DNA of 64,000 nt. Source: Candidatus Micrarchaeia archaeon (GTDB lineage: Archaea > Micrarchaeota > Micrarchaeia > Anstonellales > J096). A program made the translations under genes and the position numbers. Shown one piece after another: positions 1-8,970 of the stretch. The notes under the pieces are model-generated. The model had not been told where the DNA came from. It saw only the letters and a program-made list of their open reading frames with translations, and made no database searches. The DNA lies in the NCBI GenBank assembly GCA_041500865.1, contig JBGQMY010000001.1:26827-90826 (forward strand). Reading direction: 5' to 3'. The first letter of the stretch is position 1, and each line of letters begins with the position of its first letter.

Positions 1-2
1 AG

Positions 3-650
3 AAGGTCGGCTCCGGGTTCGACATAGCGACAAGCGCATTCGGCAGAAGCATCATATACAATAGGTATGACCCGGCCGAGATTTCGCTTCCTTCTTCGCA
101 GGAGGGAGCGGAAATCGGAAGGGCGATAGCCGCTTCTGTCAACAGGCCATGGGGGTGGGTGAAGGCAATCCCGTTTGCGTTTCCCAATGACTACAAGATT
201 GTGTTCTTCAACATAATAAGGGGCAGCACGTCCACGATAAGCAGCGTCAAGGCTGCCATGGAATGGAAAAAGAGCAATGGCGACGAATACAAAAGGCTGA
301 TTGCGAAGCAAAGGGACGCCGAGGCAAAGGCCATTGAAGCCCTTTCTGCGCATAAGAGCGCCGACGTCAGAAAATACACCCATGTTGCGCGCGAGGCCCA
401 CCAGGAGCTGCAGAAAAGGGTCAAGGGGGCCGTGCCGGATTTTGACCCAATAGAGCCGGAACAGCTGACTGCCATAATACAGGATGCGGAGAAGATGGAC
501 GGAATTGTAGCCGGACGGTGCCCTGGCGCAGGCGGATATGACGGCGTGGCCTTCATAGCCGAAAGCAGATTTAGGGAAACTGGGGAGATAGCCGGGCTTG
601 GGAAAAGGCATGGCCTGAAGCTCGAGCACATACCTTTGAGGGTGCTTTGA
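3..650 (+). CDS. Phosphomevalonate kinase, ERG8-like GHMP kinase (5' end outside window)
   Basis: The frame is open from base 3 and reads KVGSGFDIATSAFG...DPIEPEQ...PGAGGYDG, which are ERG8-type motifs. It abuts the mevalonate kinase gene. Confidence 0.8.
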   Translation, partial: KVGSGFDIATSAFGRSIIYNRYDPAEISLPSSQEGAEIGRAIAASVNRPWGWVKAIPFAFPNDYKIVFFNIIRGSTSTISSVKAAMEWKKSNGDEYKRLIAKQRDAEAKAIEALSAHKSADVRKYTHVAREAHQELQKRVKGAVPDFDPIEPEQLTAIIQDAEKMDGIVAGRCPGAGGYDGVAFIAESRFRETGEIAGLGKRHGLKLEHIPLRVL

Positions 651-1529
651 ATGCCTGGAACAGGATACGGCAAGGTCATTTTGTTTGGAGAGCATTTCGT
701 CGTGCATAACGAGCCTGCCATAGTCGCAGGACTGAAGAACATGAGGACTGTCATGGAGATAGAGGAAGGGCCGTGGAACCCTGAACTGGACGAGCAGTCA
801 AAGGCAGGATATTCGGCTGTTGCAAAGGCCTGTGGCATTGAGGGAAAGACATTCACGCTGAATATCAAGGAGACTGTGCCAATAAAGCAGAACCTTGGAA
901 GTTCGGCTGCATTTTTTGTTGCGTTCGCCAACGCGCTGAACAAAAAATACAGGCGCGGCATGAAAAAGGATGCGATAAACAGGGCGGCATATGAAGGCGA
1001 AAAATCCATCCACGGCAAGCCCAGCGGCATAGACAATTCCGCGTCAACATACTGCAAGCCTTTGGTGTTCAGGAAAAACGCGGACGGCTCGTTCAGCATA
1101 AAGAAGCTTAGGATAGGGGCGCCGCTGCACCTTGTGATATCAAACACGGGGCCGAAAAAGGGGACAGGGGAGCTTGTTGCGCATTTCAGTTCGCTAAAAG
1201 AGAAAAATGCCATTTCAAAGGACATGCTCTCGCTTTACAAAAAGATATTCACAAACGCTAAGACCGCGATAAAGGAAGGCAATGCAGATGGGCTCGGATT
1301 CCTGATGAACGTAAACCACGGGCTGCTTGCATCATTTGGCCTTTCCACACCCAAGATAGAGGAGGCGCGGTTCCTGATGCGGGAAAACGGGGCTTTGGGC
1401 TCAAAGATAACCGGGGCAGGCGGCGGGGGCAACATAATAGGCCTTTTCAGGGGCGAGGAAGAGGCGAACAGGGCGAAGGCAGAAATGGAGAAGGAAGGAT
1501 TCAAGTCCTTTTACGCAAGGATTGAGTGA
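651..1529 (+). CDS. mvk: Mevalonate kinase
   Basis: GHMP motifs GKVILFGEHFVVH, PIKQNLGSSAA, HGKPSGIDN and KITGAGGGG. Confidence 0.92.
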   Translation: MPGTGYGKVILFGEHFVVHNEPAIVAGLKNMRTVMEIEEGPWNPELDEQSKAGYSAVAKACGIEGKTFTLNIKETVPIKQNLGSSAAFFVAFANALNKKYRRGMKKDAINRAAYEGEKSIHGKPSGIDNSASTYCKPLVFRKNADGSFSIKKLRIGAPLHLVISNTGPKKGTGELVAHFSSLKEKNAISKDMLSLYKKIFTNAKTAIKEGNADGLGFLMNVNHGLLASFGLSTPKIEEARFLMRENGALGSKITGAGGGGNIIGLFRGEEEANRAKAEMEKEGFKSFYARIE

Positions 1530-1574
1530 TTCCATTGTTTTGTGCGGCCCAGCCATCGGTTTTGCCTGGGATTG

Positions 1575-2585
1575 TCACTCCGGGCAAAGAAGGGCCATGA
1601 TGGACAGCGATTCCCAATCCTCTTGCGGGGTGTTGGCGCATTGCGTCCAAACCTCTTGGTTTGAAAGCTTAAGGAGCGTATTCAGGGCATGGAAAAAGGC
1701 CTTGCCGTCGCTCTCATGCATGGCATGCAGCAGGTATCTTGAAGTTTCGTCGTTTTTGGCAAGCATGCCAAGAATCACGCGCTTGATGTTAATCAGCACC
1801 CATAGCCCGTCCTGCCTTTTTGCCGAATACAAGAAGGGATAATATGTCTGCAGCTCTTTCATCTTACAGAGCGCGCAATCCAGTATGCATATTGACAGCA
1901 CCGTTGAAAGGGCGTCCAGGGCCGCCTGCCTGTTGGGCGATGCGCAGGATGCGGCATATGCGCGCATCAGCCTGAGCCCATTAACTTCAAAAAGGACCGT
2001 TTTGCCGCCCTCAATATGATAATTAGCCTCAGGATGGCTGATGCCGATTCCGGAAATGTGCATCTTTCGCACAAGCGGGGCCAATGCCGGGTTCAGCTTA
2101 TTTTCAGTTTCATCGCATTGACTGCAAAAGGCCTTGGCATGGCCAAAACTTTCCGAATCAGTTGGAGAATAAAGCATCCTGTAATACTGCTTCATGTTCT
2201 TGGCGCGCCTTGCCACAACGCCAGTCTCATCTGCAACAAAGTCGGAGTATGTCGCTGACATCATATGCCCGAAGCGCGAGAAGAGCCTTATCTCCTTGCA
2301 TTCTGGGAAGTTTTCCGGGAACAGCGCCTTCGCAAGGCGCAGAGAGAAGAATTTCTGGAGGTGGTAGGCCGCGTCTGAAGGCGGCCATACTTTGTCGTAC
2401 CCTTGCCTGATTGATATGGCAAATTCTTGACTCAGGAAAACATCATTGTGAAAGGGCTGGACGCGCTCAACCAGGTCCTTCTTGCCCGGACCCAGGCATA
2501 TTCTCGAAACCCTTGCCTCGTCCCCCTTGCAAAGGGCCGTCCTTTTGCCAAGGCCGCGGACAGGCGGGGCTATCTTGACGCTCAT
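1575..2585 (-). CDS. Hypothetical protein, possibly a degenerate kinase-like fold
   Basis: Long ORF; the ATG at 2585 follows an AT-rich promoter-like region. GLGKRTALCKGDEARV and HPEANYHIEGGKTVLFEV only loosely recall kinase loops. Confidence 0.6.
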   Translation of the reverse strand: MSVKIAPPVRGLGKRTALCKGDEARVSRICLGPGKKDLVERVQPFHNDVFLSQEFAISIRQGYDKVWPPSDAAYHLQKFFSLRLAKALFPENFPECKEIRLFSRFGHMMSATYSDFVADETGVVARRAKNMKQYYRMLYSPTDSESFGHAKAFCSQCDETENKLNPALAPLVRKMHISGIGISHPEANYHIEGGKTVLFEVNGLRLMRAYAASCASPNRQAALDALSTVLSICILDCALCKMKELQTYYPFLYSAKRQDGLWVLINIKRVILGMLAKNDETSRYLLHAMHESDGKAFFHALNTLLKLSNQEVWTQCANTPQEDWESLSIMALLCPE

Positions 2586-2774
2586 GTTATAAATAATGGT
2601 TAATAGTATTTTTAAATGGCATGGGACAGGGTCGTGTGAAGCATTATTACTAAAAAAACGCCTCACACAATGGATATATACCTCTTAATTTCCATAATGC
2701 CCCAGAAAATCCCTTTTTGAGCCGTAATCCGCCGATACAAACATATTTAAACACGTTTATACATAAATATACAC

Positions 2775-4208
2775 ATGCAGAGCAAAGCCCTCATCTCCTT
2801 CGGCGGGCCATTCCCCTATGACAGGTCGTTCCGCGGCCAAGGCATAGTCCAAGGCGACCTAATCAAGGAGGCGGCCAGCCGGGGCATGAAATCCGTCGTA
2901 ATATCCAAGTACCACGGGCACAGGGACCCGCTCCTGGAAAGGGCGGAGTCCATGCAGAACGTCATAGCGGAAAAGGCGTTCTGCAGCGAAATGGCGTTCA
3001 TGTACAAGTCCGATTTCTGCGACGCAAAGAACAGGTGCAAGATGGGCATGCAGACCGGAAAGCCGGGCGCAATAGGGCACTGGGGCAGGTTCTATGGCAT
3101 AAACCAGGTAAGGAGGCTCGCTGAAACGTATGGGCAGGTATATTACTTCATGCATTACTACAACTCCAGGTTCATGGACGCGGAATACTTCTCAAGGCTT
3201 GTCAAGCATGAGAATCTTGGCAGTGCAATAAAGGCATATTACTTCATACATGTCGCCCCGGACCAGCTTGTTGAAAGCGAAAGGGACGGCGGCTGGATGC
3301 TAAAGCAGAACACCGGAGGCGCGGTGGAATCGCTGGTAAAGGCGATTGAGGAGGACTGCTTCAAGGCATTCATAGCAGTAAGCCAGGCTGCAAGGGACAT
3401 GTGGATAGAGCTGATAAAGGCATTTGGATATAGCCATGAAACCGTGTCAGCGGCAGAAAAAAGGATAAGGGCGGTGCCCAACGGCATAGACGCCAACCTC
3501 TACGGCTCGTCGTCCCTATTGGATTCCTCTGCCCTTGAAAAGGAAAGGGCGAAGCTGGGGTTCGACCCTTCAGTAAGGAAAATAGTGCTTGTAATGACCA
3601 GGCCCAGCATATCAAAGGGCATAGACAGGATAGAGGGCATCCTTGAGGAATTCAACGATTCAACAGAGGCGAGGCTGAAAAAGATAGGGTTTCTCGTCAC
3701 AATGCCAGAAACAGAAGGAACGGAACAGTTCCTTGGAAAAATCAGGCACATGTCAAACCTGGTGGACGGCAACAGGCTGAAGGTCACGCTGGACATATCA
3801 AAGATAGTCAGGAACAGGCCCGAGCTTCACGAGGAGCTTGACAACATCCAGACTCTCATGCCGTTAAGCTACCAGGACGACAGGTTCTACATAAAGCCGA
3901 TAGGTTATCCGCTGACGTACGTTTCGGACGTTTTCCTGCACCTGCCGCATGCCGAGGCGTTCGGCCTTGTCGTTGCAGAGGCGCTGATGTCAGGCTGCGC
4001 TGTCGTGACCACAGATGCAGGGGGAATACCAGAGGTGACAAAAAACTCGGAAAACAGCGTGATGTTCGACCACAGAAGGATTGACAGGGGCATTGTGGTT
4101 GAGGCTGTTGCCGACATCGAAAAGCCGGCTGCGCCGAACGGCGCGTTTGTCGAGCAGTTCAGTTTAAAAAGACAATTCGACAAGATAGTGGGTGATGGTA
4201 ATGAATAG
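2775..4208 (+). CDS. Glycosyltransferase family 4 (GT-B fold)
   Basis: Motifs FIAVSQAA, VPNGID, KGID and EAFGLVVAEALMSGCAVVTTDAGGIPEV. Confidence 0.88.
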   Translation: MQSKALISFGGPFPYDRSFRGQGIVQGDLIKEAASRGMKSVVISKYHGHRDPLLERAESMQNVIAEKAFCSEMAFMYKSDFCDAKNRCKMGMQTGKPGAIGHWGRFYGINQVRRLAETYGQVYYFMHYYNSRFMDAEYFSRLVKHENLGSAIKAYYFIHVAPDQLVESERDGGWMLKQNTGGAVESLVKAIEEDCFKAFIAVSQAARDMWIELIKAFGYSHETVSAAEKRIRAVPNGIDANLYGSSSLLDSSALEKERAKLGFDPSVRKIVLVMTRPSISKGIDRIEGILEEFNDSTEARLKKIGFLVTMPETEGTEQFLGKIRHMSNLVDGNRLKVTLDISKIVRNRPELHEELDNIQTLMPLSYQDDRFYIKPIGYPLTYVSDVFLHLPHAEAFGLVVAEALMSGCAVVTTDAGGIPEVTKNSENSVMFDHRRIDRGIVVEAVADIEKPAAPNGAFVEQFSLKRQFDKIVGDGNE

Positions 4209-4782
4209 TGTGAATCCAAGCCTTGTGCATTACGGAATGAACAGGTATGTCTTCAGGCTGGACAGCAGAAGGAGAATAGAAATAAGGAAGATAGGCAACG
4301 ATTCGATCCTGTTCAAGATAATGAGAAAAAACAGGGCAACAGGCGAAGGCAATGCCCAAAGCTACCTGTTCCGCATGAAGGATATGGGTGAGGATGAAGA
4401 AAGCGACCTGAAAAGAATCATGACAAACGTAAACATGCTGGCAGACATGATAAAGCTGAAAACAGACAGGGGCGACCAGGACGAGAAGTGGAAGAAGAAG
4501 CTCAATTTCTACCTGATGATACTCGGCCAGAGCAGCATGGCAGACAAGCACCTCAAGAGGATATACGAAAGGGAAGGCATAGCATACAGGAAAGAGGAGC
4601 TGCCCAGGATAAAGAGGCTTGTCATAAGGCTCTTCACCATACCCGAGCCTGAGCATGTGATTGCAAAGGCCGTTGAGAAAAAGATAAGCCTGAAGCCGGA
4701 CGACGTGCCCAAAATCTGCTGGGGAATACACGCGTTCCAGCACGCGCTGGACGAGATAAGGGAAGGCAAAAGGATTTACTGA
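4201..4782 (+). CDS. Hypothetical protein
   Basis: The ORF overlaps the GT4 stop by 8 nt and has host-like codon style. No motif recognised. Confidence 0.7.
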   Translation: MNSVNPSLVHYGMNRYVFRLDSRRRIEIRKIGNDSILFKIMRKNRATGEGNAQSYLFRMKDMGEDEESDLKRIMTNVNMLADMIKLKTDRGDQDEKWKKKLNFYLMILGQSSMADKHLKRIYEREGIAYRKEELPRIKRLVIRLFTIPEPEHVIAKAVEKKISLKPDDVPKICWGIHAFQHALDEIREGKRIY

Positions 4783-4827
4783 TTGCAAAATCATTAGCTT
4801 TTTAAGGGTTTAACTTCAATTCTGCTT

Positions 4828-4870
4828 ATGGCAAACATTCACGATAACAGGGGATACCGTGGCGGCAGGC
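4828..4870 (+). repeat. 43-bp perfect direct repeat, copy 1 (duplicate of the nop5 5' end)
   Basis: ATGGCAAACATTCACGATAACAGGGGATACCGTGGCGGCAGGC is identical to 8928-8970. Confidence 0.95.
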
Positions 4871-5209
4871 GACAGCGGCAGGATTGCGAGGCTCCTGAGG
4901 CTCGGCGCCGACGTTTGGGCAAGGGACAATCTAGGCTTTACCGCACTCATGTGCGCCTCATTTGATGGGCACATCAGCATCTGCGCGCTGCTGCTTGAAA
5001 GGCTCGCGCAGGCAGGCGGGGACACAAGAAAGTATATCGAGACTGTGATAGAGGAAGGCATCCATAAGGGATGGGCTGCATTCACATATGCCGAATATAA
5101 TCACAGGAAGCCGGCCAAGTTTCTAAAGGCGGCTCCGTTGCTTGCCGAGTCGATGGGAAACGCGGATTTCGCCAAGTTCCTTTCAGGCTTCAGGGAATGC
5201 ATGGGCTGA
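4859..5209 (+). pseudogene. 5'-truncated ankyrin-repeat gene with FxxxFxxC tail
   Basis: Contains LLRLGADVWARDNLGFTALMCA and ends FLSGFRECMG. It begins mid-repeat at a GTG inside the nop5-derived repeat, whose ATG is out of frame. Confidence 0.7.
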
Positions 5210-5307
5210 TAATAGTCACAGAATCAAGATATGTTATAAAAATGTCAAAGAAGACGATATTTCTCAAATTTATATAGGTTACTTTTATAAATTATAATAA
5301 GTATTAA

Positions 5308-5667
5308 ATGGTCGGTGATTACATGGAAGATATAGAAGAAACTCCAGAGTCAATTACAGTTTCAGATTCTTATTCTTTTAAACTTTATCACGGAAGCAAA
5401 AAGAAATATTTACTAAAGGGAACAGGTAATGACAACGTTCAAAAAAGAATTTCAAGGAAACCATATGGTGCGCATGGTGCAATCCACCTAGTTATGGTAA
5501 AAGGAAAGTATGTTCATATCGATTGCAAAAACAAGGGATGCGGTAACAACTGGACAATGGAAAAAAATGGGAAGAATTATACTAACTTTTTTAGTGTGGA
5601 AAAAGAAGCATCTGGTATTGATTTGATTAAGTGCAAGAAATGTGGTGCTGAACACGAAAGTGGTTGA
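5308..5667 (+). CDS. AT-rich hypothetical protein with putative Zn ribbon
   Basis: CKNKGC...CKKC cysteine pairs, in a low-GC segment. Confidence 0.65.
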   Translation: MVGDYMEDIEETPESITVSDSYSFKLYHGSKKKYLLKGTGNDNVQKRISRKPYGAHGAIHLVMVKGKYVHIDCKNKGCGNNWTMEKNGKNYTNFFSVEKEASGIDLIKCKKCGAEHESG

Positions 5668-5701
5668 TCCGAGATAGAGTAATAATGCAGCGACAAAAGA
5701 T

Positions 5702-6145
5702 TCAATCTTTTATTTTATAAACTTCAAAACCTTCTGCCAAAGCAACTTCTTTTAGATACTTATCCGCTGATGCAAATATTAGTTCATTGTGATTTTTCTT
5801 AGCTTCCAAGGCGCAAGCCAATTGCATTGCATCGAAAGATTCTAATTTTGCGTATTTTTCCATAAGCTGAACGCTTTTTTCCAATATTTCCTTAGTTATC
5901 TTTACTGTATTAAAGGATCTATATTCAACTAAAAAAGCATTTATATCGTTATGCTTCTTCGTCAGATTTGTTATTATTTCGTATGGCAAAAGGGATGAAA
6001 TTATTACATTTTTAATGCCGCTGGATGCCTTTCCGTCAGATGATTCATTTAATATGGTCCAATATAAATTATTCATTTCGTTCGTACACTGCTCTTGCCT
6101 GAATATACCAAACAATGCGCTGGTGTCACAGAAATAGTACTTCAT
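5702..6145 (-). CDS. PIN-domain (VapC-like) nuclease
   Basis: Motifs YFCDTSAL, LPYEI, FDAMQLACA and FASADKYL. The start overlaps the RM gene stop (ATGA). Confidence 0.88.
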   Translation of the reverse strand: MKYYFCDTSALFGIFRQEQCTNEMNNLYWTILNESSDGKASSGIKNVIISSLLPYEIITNLTKKHNDINAFLVEYRSFNTVKITKEILEKSVQLMEKYAKLESFDAMQLACALEAKKNHNELIFASADKYLKEVALAEGFEVYKIKD

Positions 6146-8841
6146 TCTAGGCTTTCCTCTATTATTTTCCTTTCTTCATCCGTAATGTCATACAATTTAT
6201 AGACTTCTTCATCAATTTCATTATCTAATTTTTGGATTTCTTTTTCAAGACGAATTTTTTCGTCGGTTTGCTTGTCTGATAATAATACAAATTTTTTTGC
6301 AAGACTAAGTCTATTATCAATTAATTTAATGATAATTTGCCTATTTGAATCAATAACTACGGGTAGTATATCTAGAAATTCGCTCCGATATCTCATATAT
6401 CCTCCGCCCATATGCATTCCACCAAAAAGTACATTATATACAAAAGAAAGTAATTTACTATTTAATATACCCAATATGTATTTCAGTTCAATATCTTTAA
6501 TTAAGGTGGCAAAGTAGACACCTCCTTGAGGAATTCTCTTGTCAAAATCAATAGTTGCACTAATCGTTAAAGCATCTTCCGCAATAATTAATTTATCTTT
6601 AAAAGAATTCAGGAGCCGTTCAGACTTTTCTCCTGCAACAGTCATCAAATGATGTTTGCTAATATATGTGCCCTCCCTGATAGGGCCCCATTTTTCAAAT
6701 TGATACTGTTTAACAATACCAAAATCATTCTTCTGTTTTTCTTCATAATCCACAGGAATTCTGAATCCTTCTGATATCTGTAAAATATCTGACAGTTTCC
6801 CATTTTGACTCTCAAGTTTTAAAACTAAATTTATTGCTTTCTGGTTTGAGTTTATAGGAAATACTTTATAAGGAACAATAGAAAGATCATTGTTCTTTAT
6901 ATTAGATATTTCAAATTTGTTATTCAAAAAATATGCCAAATTTCTGATAAATCCTAACTTTAAATTTTTTAATTTTTCGCCTTTCCGTATGAGTATAATT
7001 ACAGGGTAGTTGCTAGCGTCTTTAAAAATATCCAAATGACTAACACTTAATATTGAACAATCTTCAGAAGAATTCAGTAATAATTCCCGCAATTTTTTTG
7101 CTGAGGCAGCAGCACAAAATTTATTTGGAAGTATAAATCCGAGATACCCTCCTTTCTTTATTAATTTAAGAGATTGCTCAATAAAAAGATAATAAAGGTC
7201 GTATTTTCCTTCGGAAACAATAAACTCATCTTTCCAAAATTCCTTATCTTCTTTATCTAAACTATCAACTCTGACATACGGCGGATTACCAATCACCACG
7301 TCAAACCCATACCCTTCTTTCAGATTGCCGTTTTCGTCGTATTGTATGGTGTCCGGGAACTGCTCGTCCCAATTGAGCGGCTTCTTGTCATCCCACTTTT
7401 CGCCGAAGTATTTCTTCAGCTCCTCTTCCTTCCCGGAAATCAGCGAATTGCCGTTCTTTATGTTCCCGGAAAGCAGGGGGAACATTCCTCTTTTCCGCGA
7501 AGTTTCAACCGCCTTAAGCAACAGGTTAAGCTCGGATATCTCAATGGCCTTTTTGTCAAGGTCTACGCCGTGTATGTTCTTGGTCAGAATCATGTGGGCA
7601 TTGCGCGATATGTCCTCCGTCAGCATCCCGCTGTCCCCGCCGTACGCCTTCCTGTACGCATCCGCGAACATCCCATAGGCGCGTATCAGGAACGAGCCCG
7701 AGCCGCATGCCGGGTCAAGCACCTTTATCTTCTGCAGTTTCTCAGGTGTGTCTGCGCCCTTCAAGACCTCGCCAAGCGTGTTTTTGACAATATAATCGAC
7801 AATGTAACGGGGCGTGTAATAAATGCCCATTTCCTTCCTGTTGGCCTCTTTTGCCACCAAACGGCCGCTTTCACGCAATATCGTGGCAAGGTACTGCTCA
7901 TATATCCCGCCCAGGACATCAACGTCTATGGCTGAAAAATCCCATTTATAAAGGCCGTCCTCTCCGTCTATGAGCTTCTCGACCACGGCATCGTCAATGT
8001 ACATTTCCCCGGCAAAGTGGGGCGAAAACAGGTCACTGTCGTACCATTCTATGAAATCGTCAAAAACCTCCCTTAGGTGGCGCATGAGCTTCTTTTTCCC
8101 GTTTTCCCTCCATATGCGCACGGATTCCCGAAGCCGCTCATTCTCTATCCCAAGGCCCTCGCAGGTCCTTATGAACACGAAGCGGTTAAGCAGCTTCTGG
8201 ACGCCCTCATCCACCTGCTCCTTGGAAAGCTTGTTGAGCCTGCTGTGCTCCATGATGTTGTTGGAAAGCGCCTTCCTCCATGCCATCAGGTCGTTAAGGA
8301 GCGCCTTGCCCACCGGCTCAGGCTTTATCTTCTTTCCCACCTTTTCAGCATAAGTGTCTATCTCATTGGAGGCAAACGCCTCCTTTCCAAGGAGCAGCAG
8401 TTCGCCAAGCCGTGAGACATAGTCATCCAGCGTGAATTTAAGGAACCGGCTGTCCTTGTTGTATTTTGCTTCGGCATTGTAGATAATCAGTTCCCTGAAG
8501 TTTGTCAGGACTGCCCATGGAACTGACTTGTAATAGGCATAATCAACCGACTGCTCCGCTTCCTTTTCCTCAAGCTCGACATTCACTGCCTTCGCCTCAA
8601 GGAAGAACTTAAAGACCCCGGAAACCATGAAGGCATAGTCTGCCCTTGTGCGCAGGACATTGGACTCCATGGAGACTTCCCCAAGATCCTTCATATTCCA
8701 GCCAAGAGCCTCAAGAAGGGGCTCTATAAAAACCCTTTTTGTGTCGGGCTCCCCAAGGCCCTTTAGCATCCCCCTTGCCTCATATCCCTTATATTTTGAG
8801 ACAAGCTCGGATATCTTGGCCTTTGCCGCTTCCGTATCCAT
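6142..8841 (-). CDS. Fused restriction endonuclease / N6-adenine methyltransferase (type IIG-like) with C-terminal specificity domain
   Basis: N-terminal nuclease motifs FIEPLLEALGW...ADY...FLEAK; methyltransferase motifs GIYYTP, LDPACGSG and GNPPY; C-terminal YILGILNSKL. Confidence 0.92.
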   Translation of the reverse strand: MDTEAAKAKISELVSKYKGYEARGMLKGLGEPDTKRVFIEPLLEALGWNMKDLGEVSMESNVLRTRADYAFMVSGVFKFFLEAKAVNVELEEKEAEQSVDYAYYKSVPWAVLTNFRELIIYNAEAKYNKDSRFLKFTLDDYVSRLGELLLLGKEAFASNEIDTYAEKVGKKIKPEPVGKALLNDLMAWRKALSNNIMEHSRLNKLSKEQVDEGVQKLLNRFVFIRTCEGLGIENERLRESVRIWRENGKKKLMRHLREVFDDFIEWYDSDLFSPHFAGEMYIDDAVVEKLIDGEDGLYKWDFSAIDVDVLGGIYEQYLATILRESGRLVAKEANRKEMGIYYTPRYIVDYIVKNTLGEVLKGADTPEKLQKIKVLDPACGSGSFLIRAYGMFADAYRKAYGGDSGMLTEDISRNAHMILTKNIHGVDLDKKAIEISELNLLLKAVETSRKRGMFPLLSGNIKNGNSLISGKEEELKKYFGEKWDDKKPLNWDEQFPDTIQYDENGNLKEGYGFDVVIGNPPYVRVDSLDKEDKEFWKDEFIVSEGKYDLYYLFIEQSLKLIKKGGYLGFILPNKFCAAASAKKLRELLLNSSEDCSILSVSHLDIFKDASNYPVIILIRKGEKLKNLKLGFIRNLAYFLNNKFEISNIKNNDLSIVPYKVFPINSNQKAINLVLKLESQNGKLSDILQISEGFRIPVDYEEKQKNDFGIVKQYQFEKWGPIREGTYISKHHLMTVAGEKSERLLNSFKDKLIIAEDALTISATIDFDKRIPQGGVYFATLIKDIELKYILGILNSKLLSFVYNVLFGGMHMGGGYMRYRSEFLDILPVVIDSNRQIIIKLIDNRLSLAKKFVLLSDKQTDEKIRLEKEIQKLDNEIDEEVYKLYDITDEERKIIEESLE

Positions 8842-8927
8842 AGAACCAGTATATTCTCAAACAATTATAAACCTTGCCAAGAGAACCCATCCCTCAGGTT
8901 TATAAGCATTTAACCTAAACTACGTTC

Positions 8928-8970
8928 ATGGCAAACATTCACGATAACAGGGGATACCGTGGCGGCAGGC
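8928..8970 (+). repeat. 43-bp perfect direct repeat, copy 2
   Basis: Identical to 4828-4870 and exactly 4100 bp downstream. Confidence 0.95.

Noticed and set aside
191..1225. 344-aa minus-strand ORF
   Set aside because: Antisense shadow of the two mevalonate-pathway kinase genes, with no motifs.
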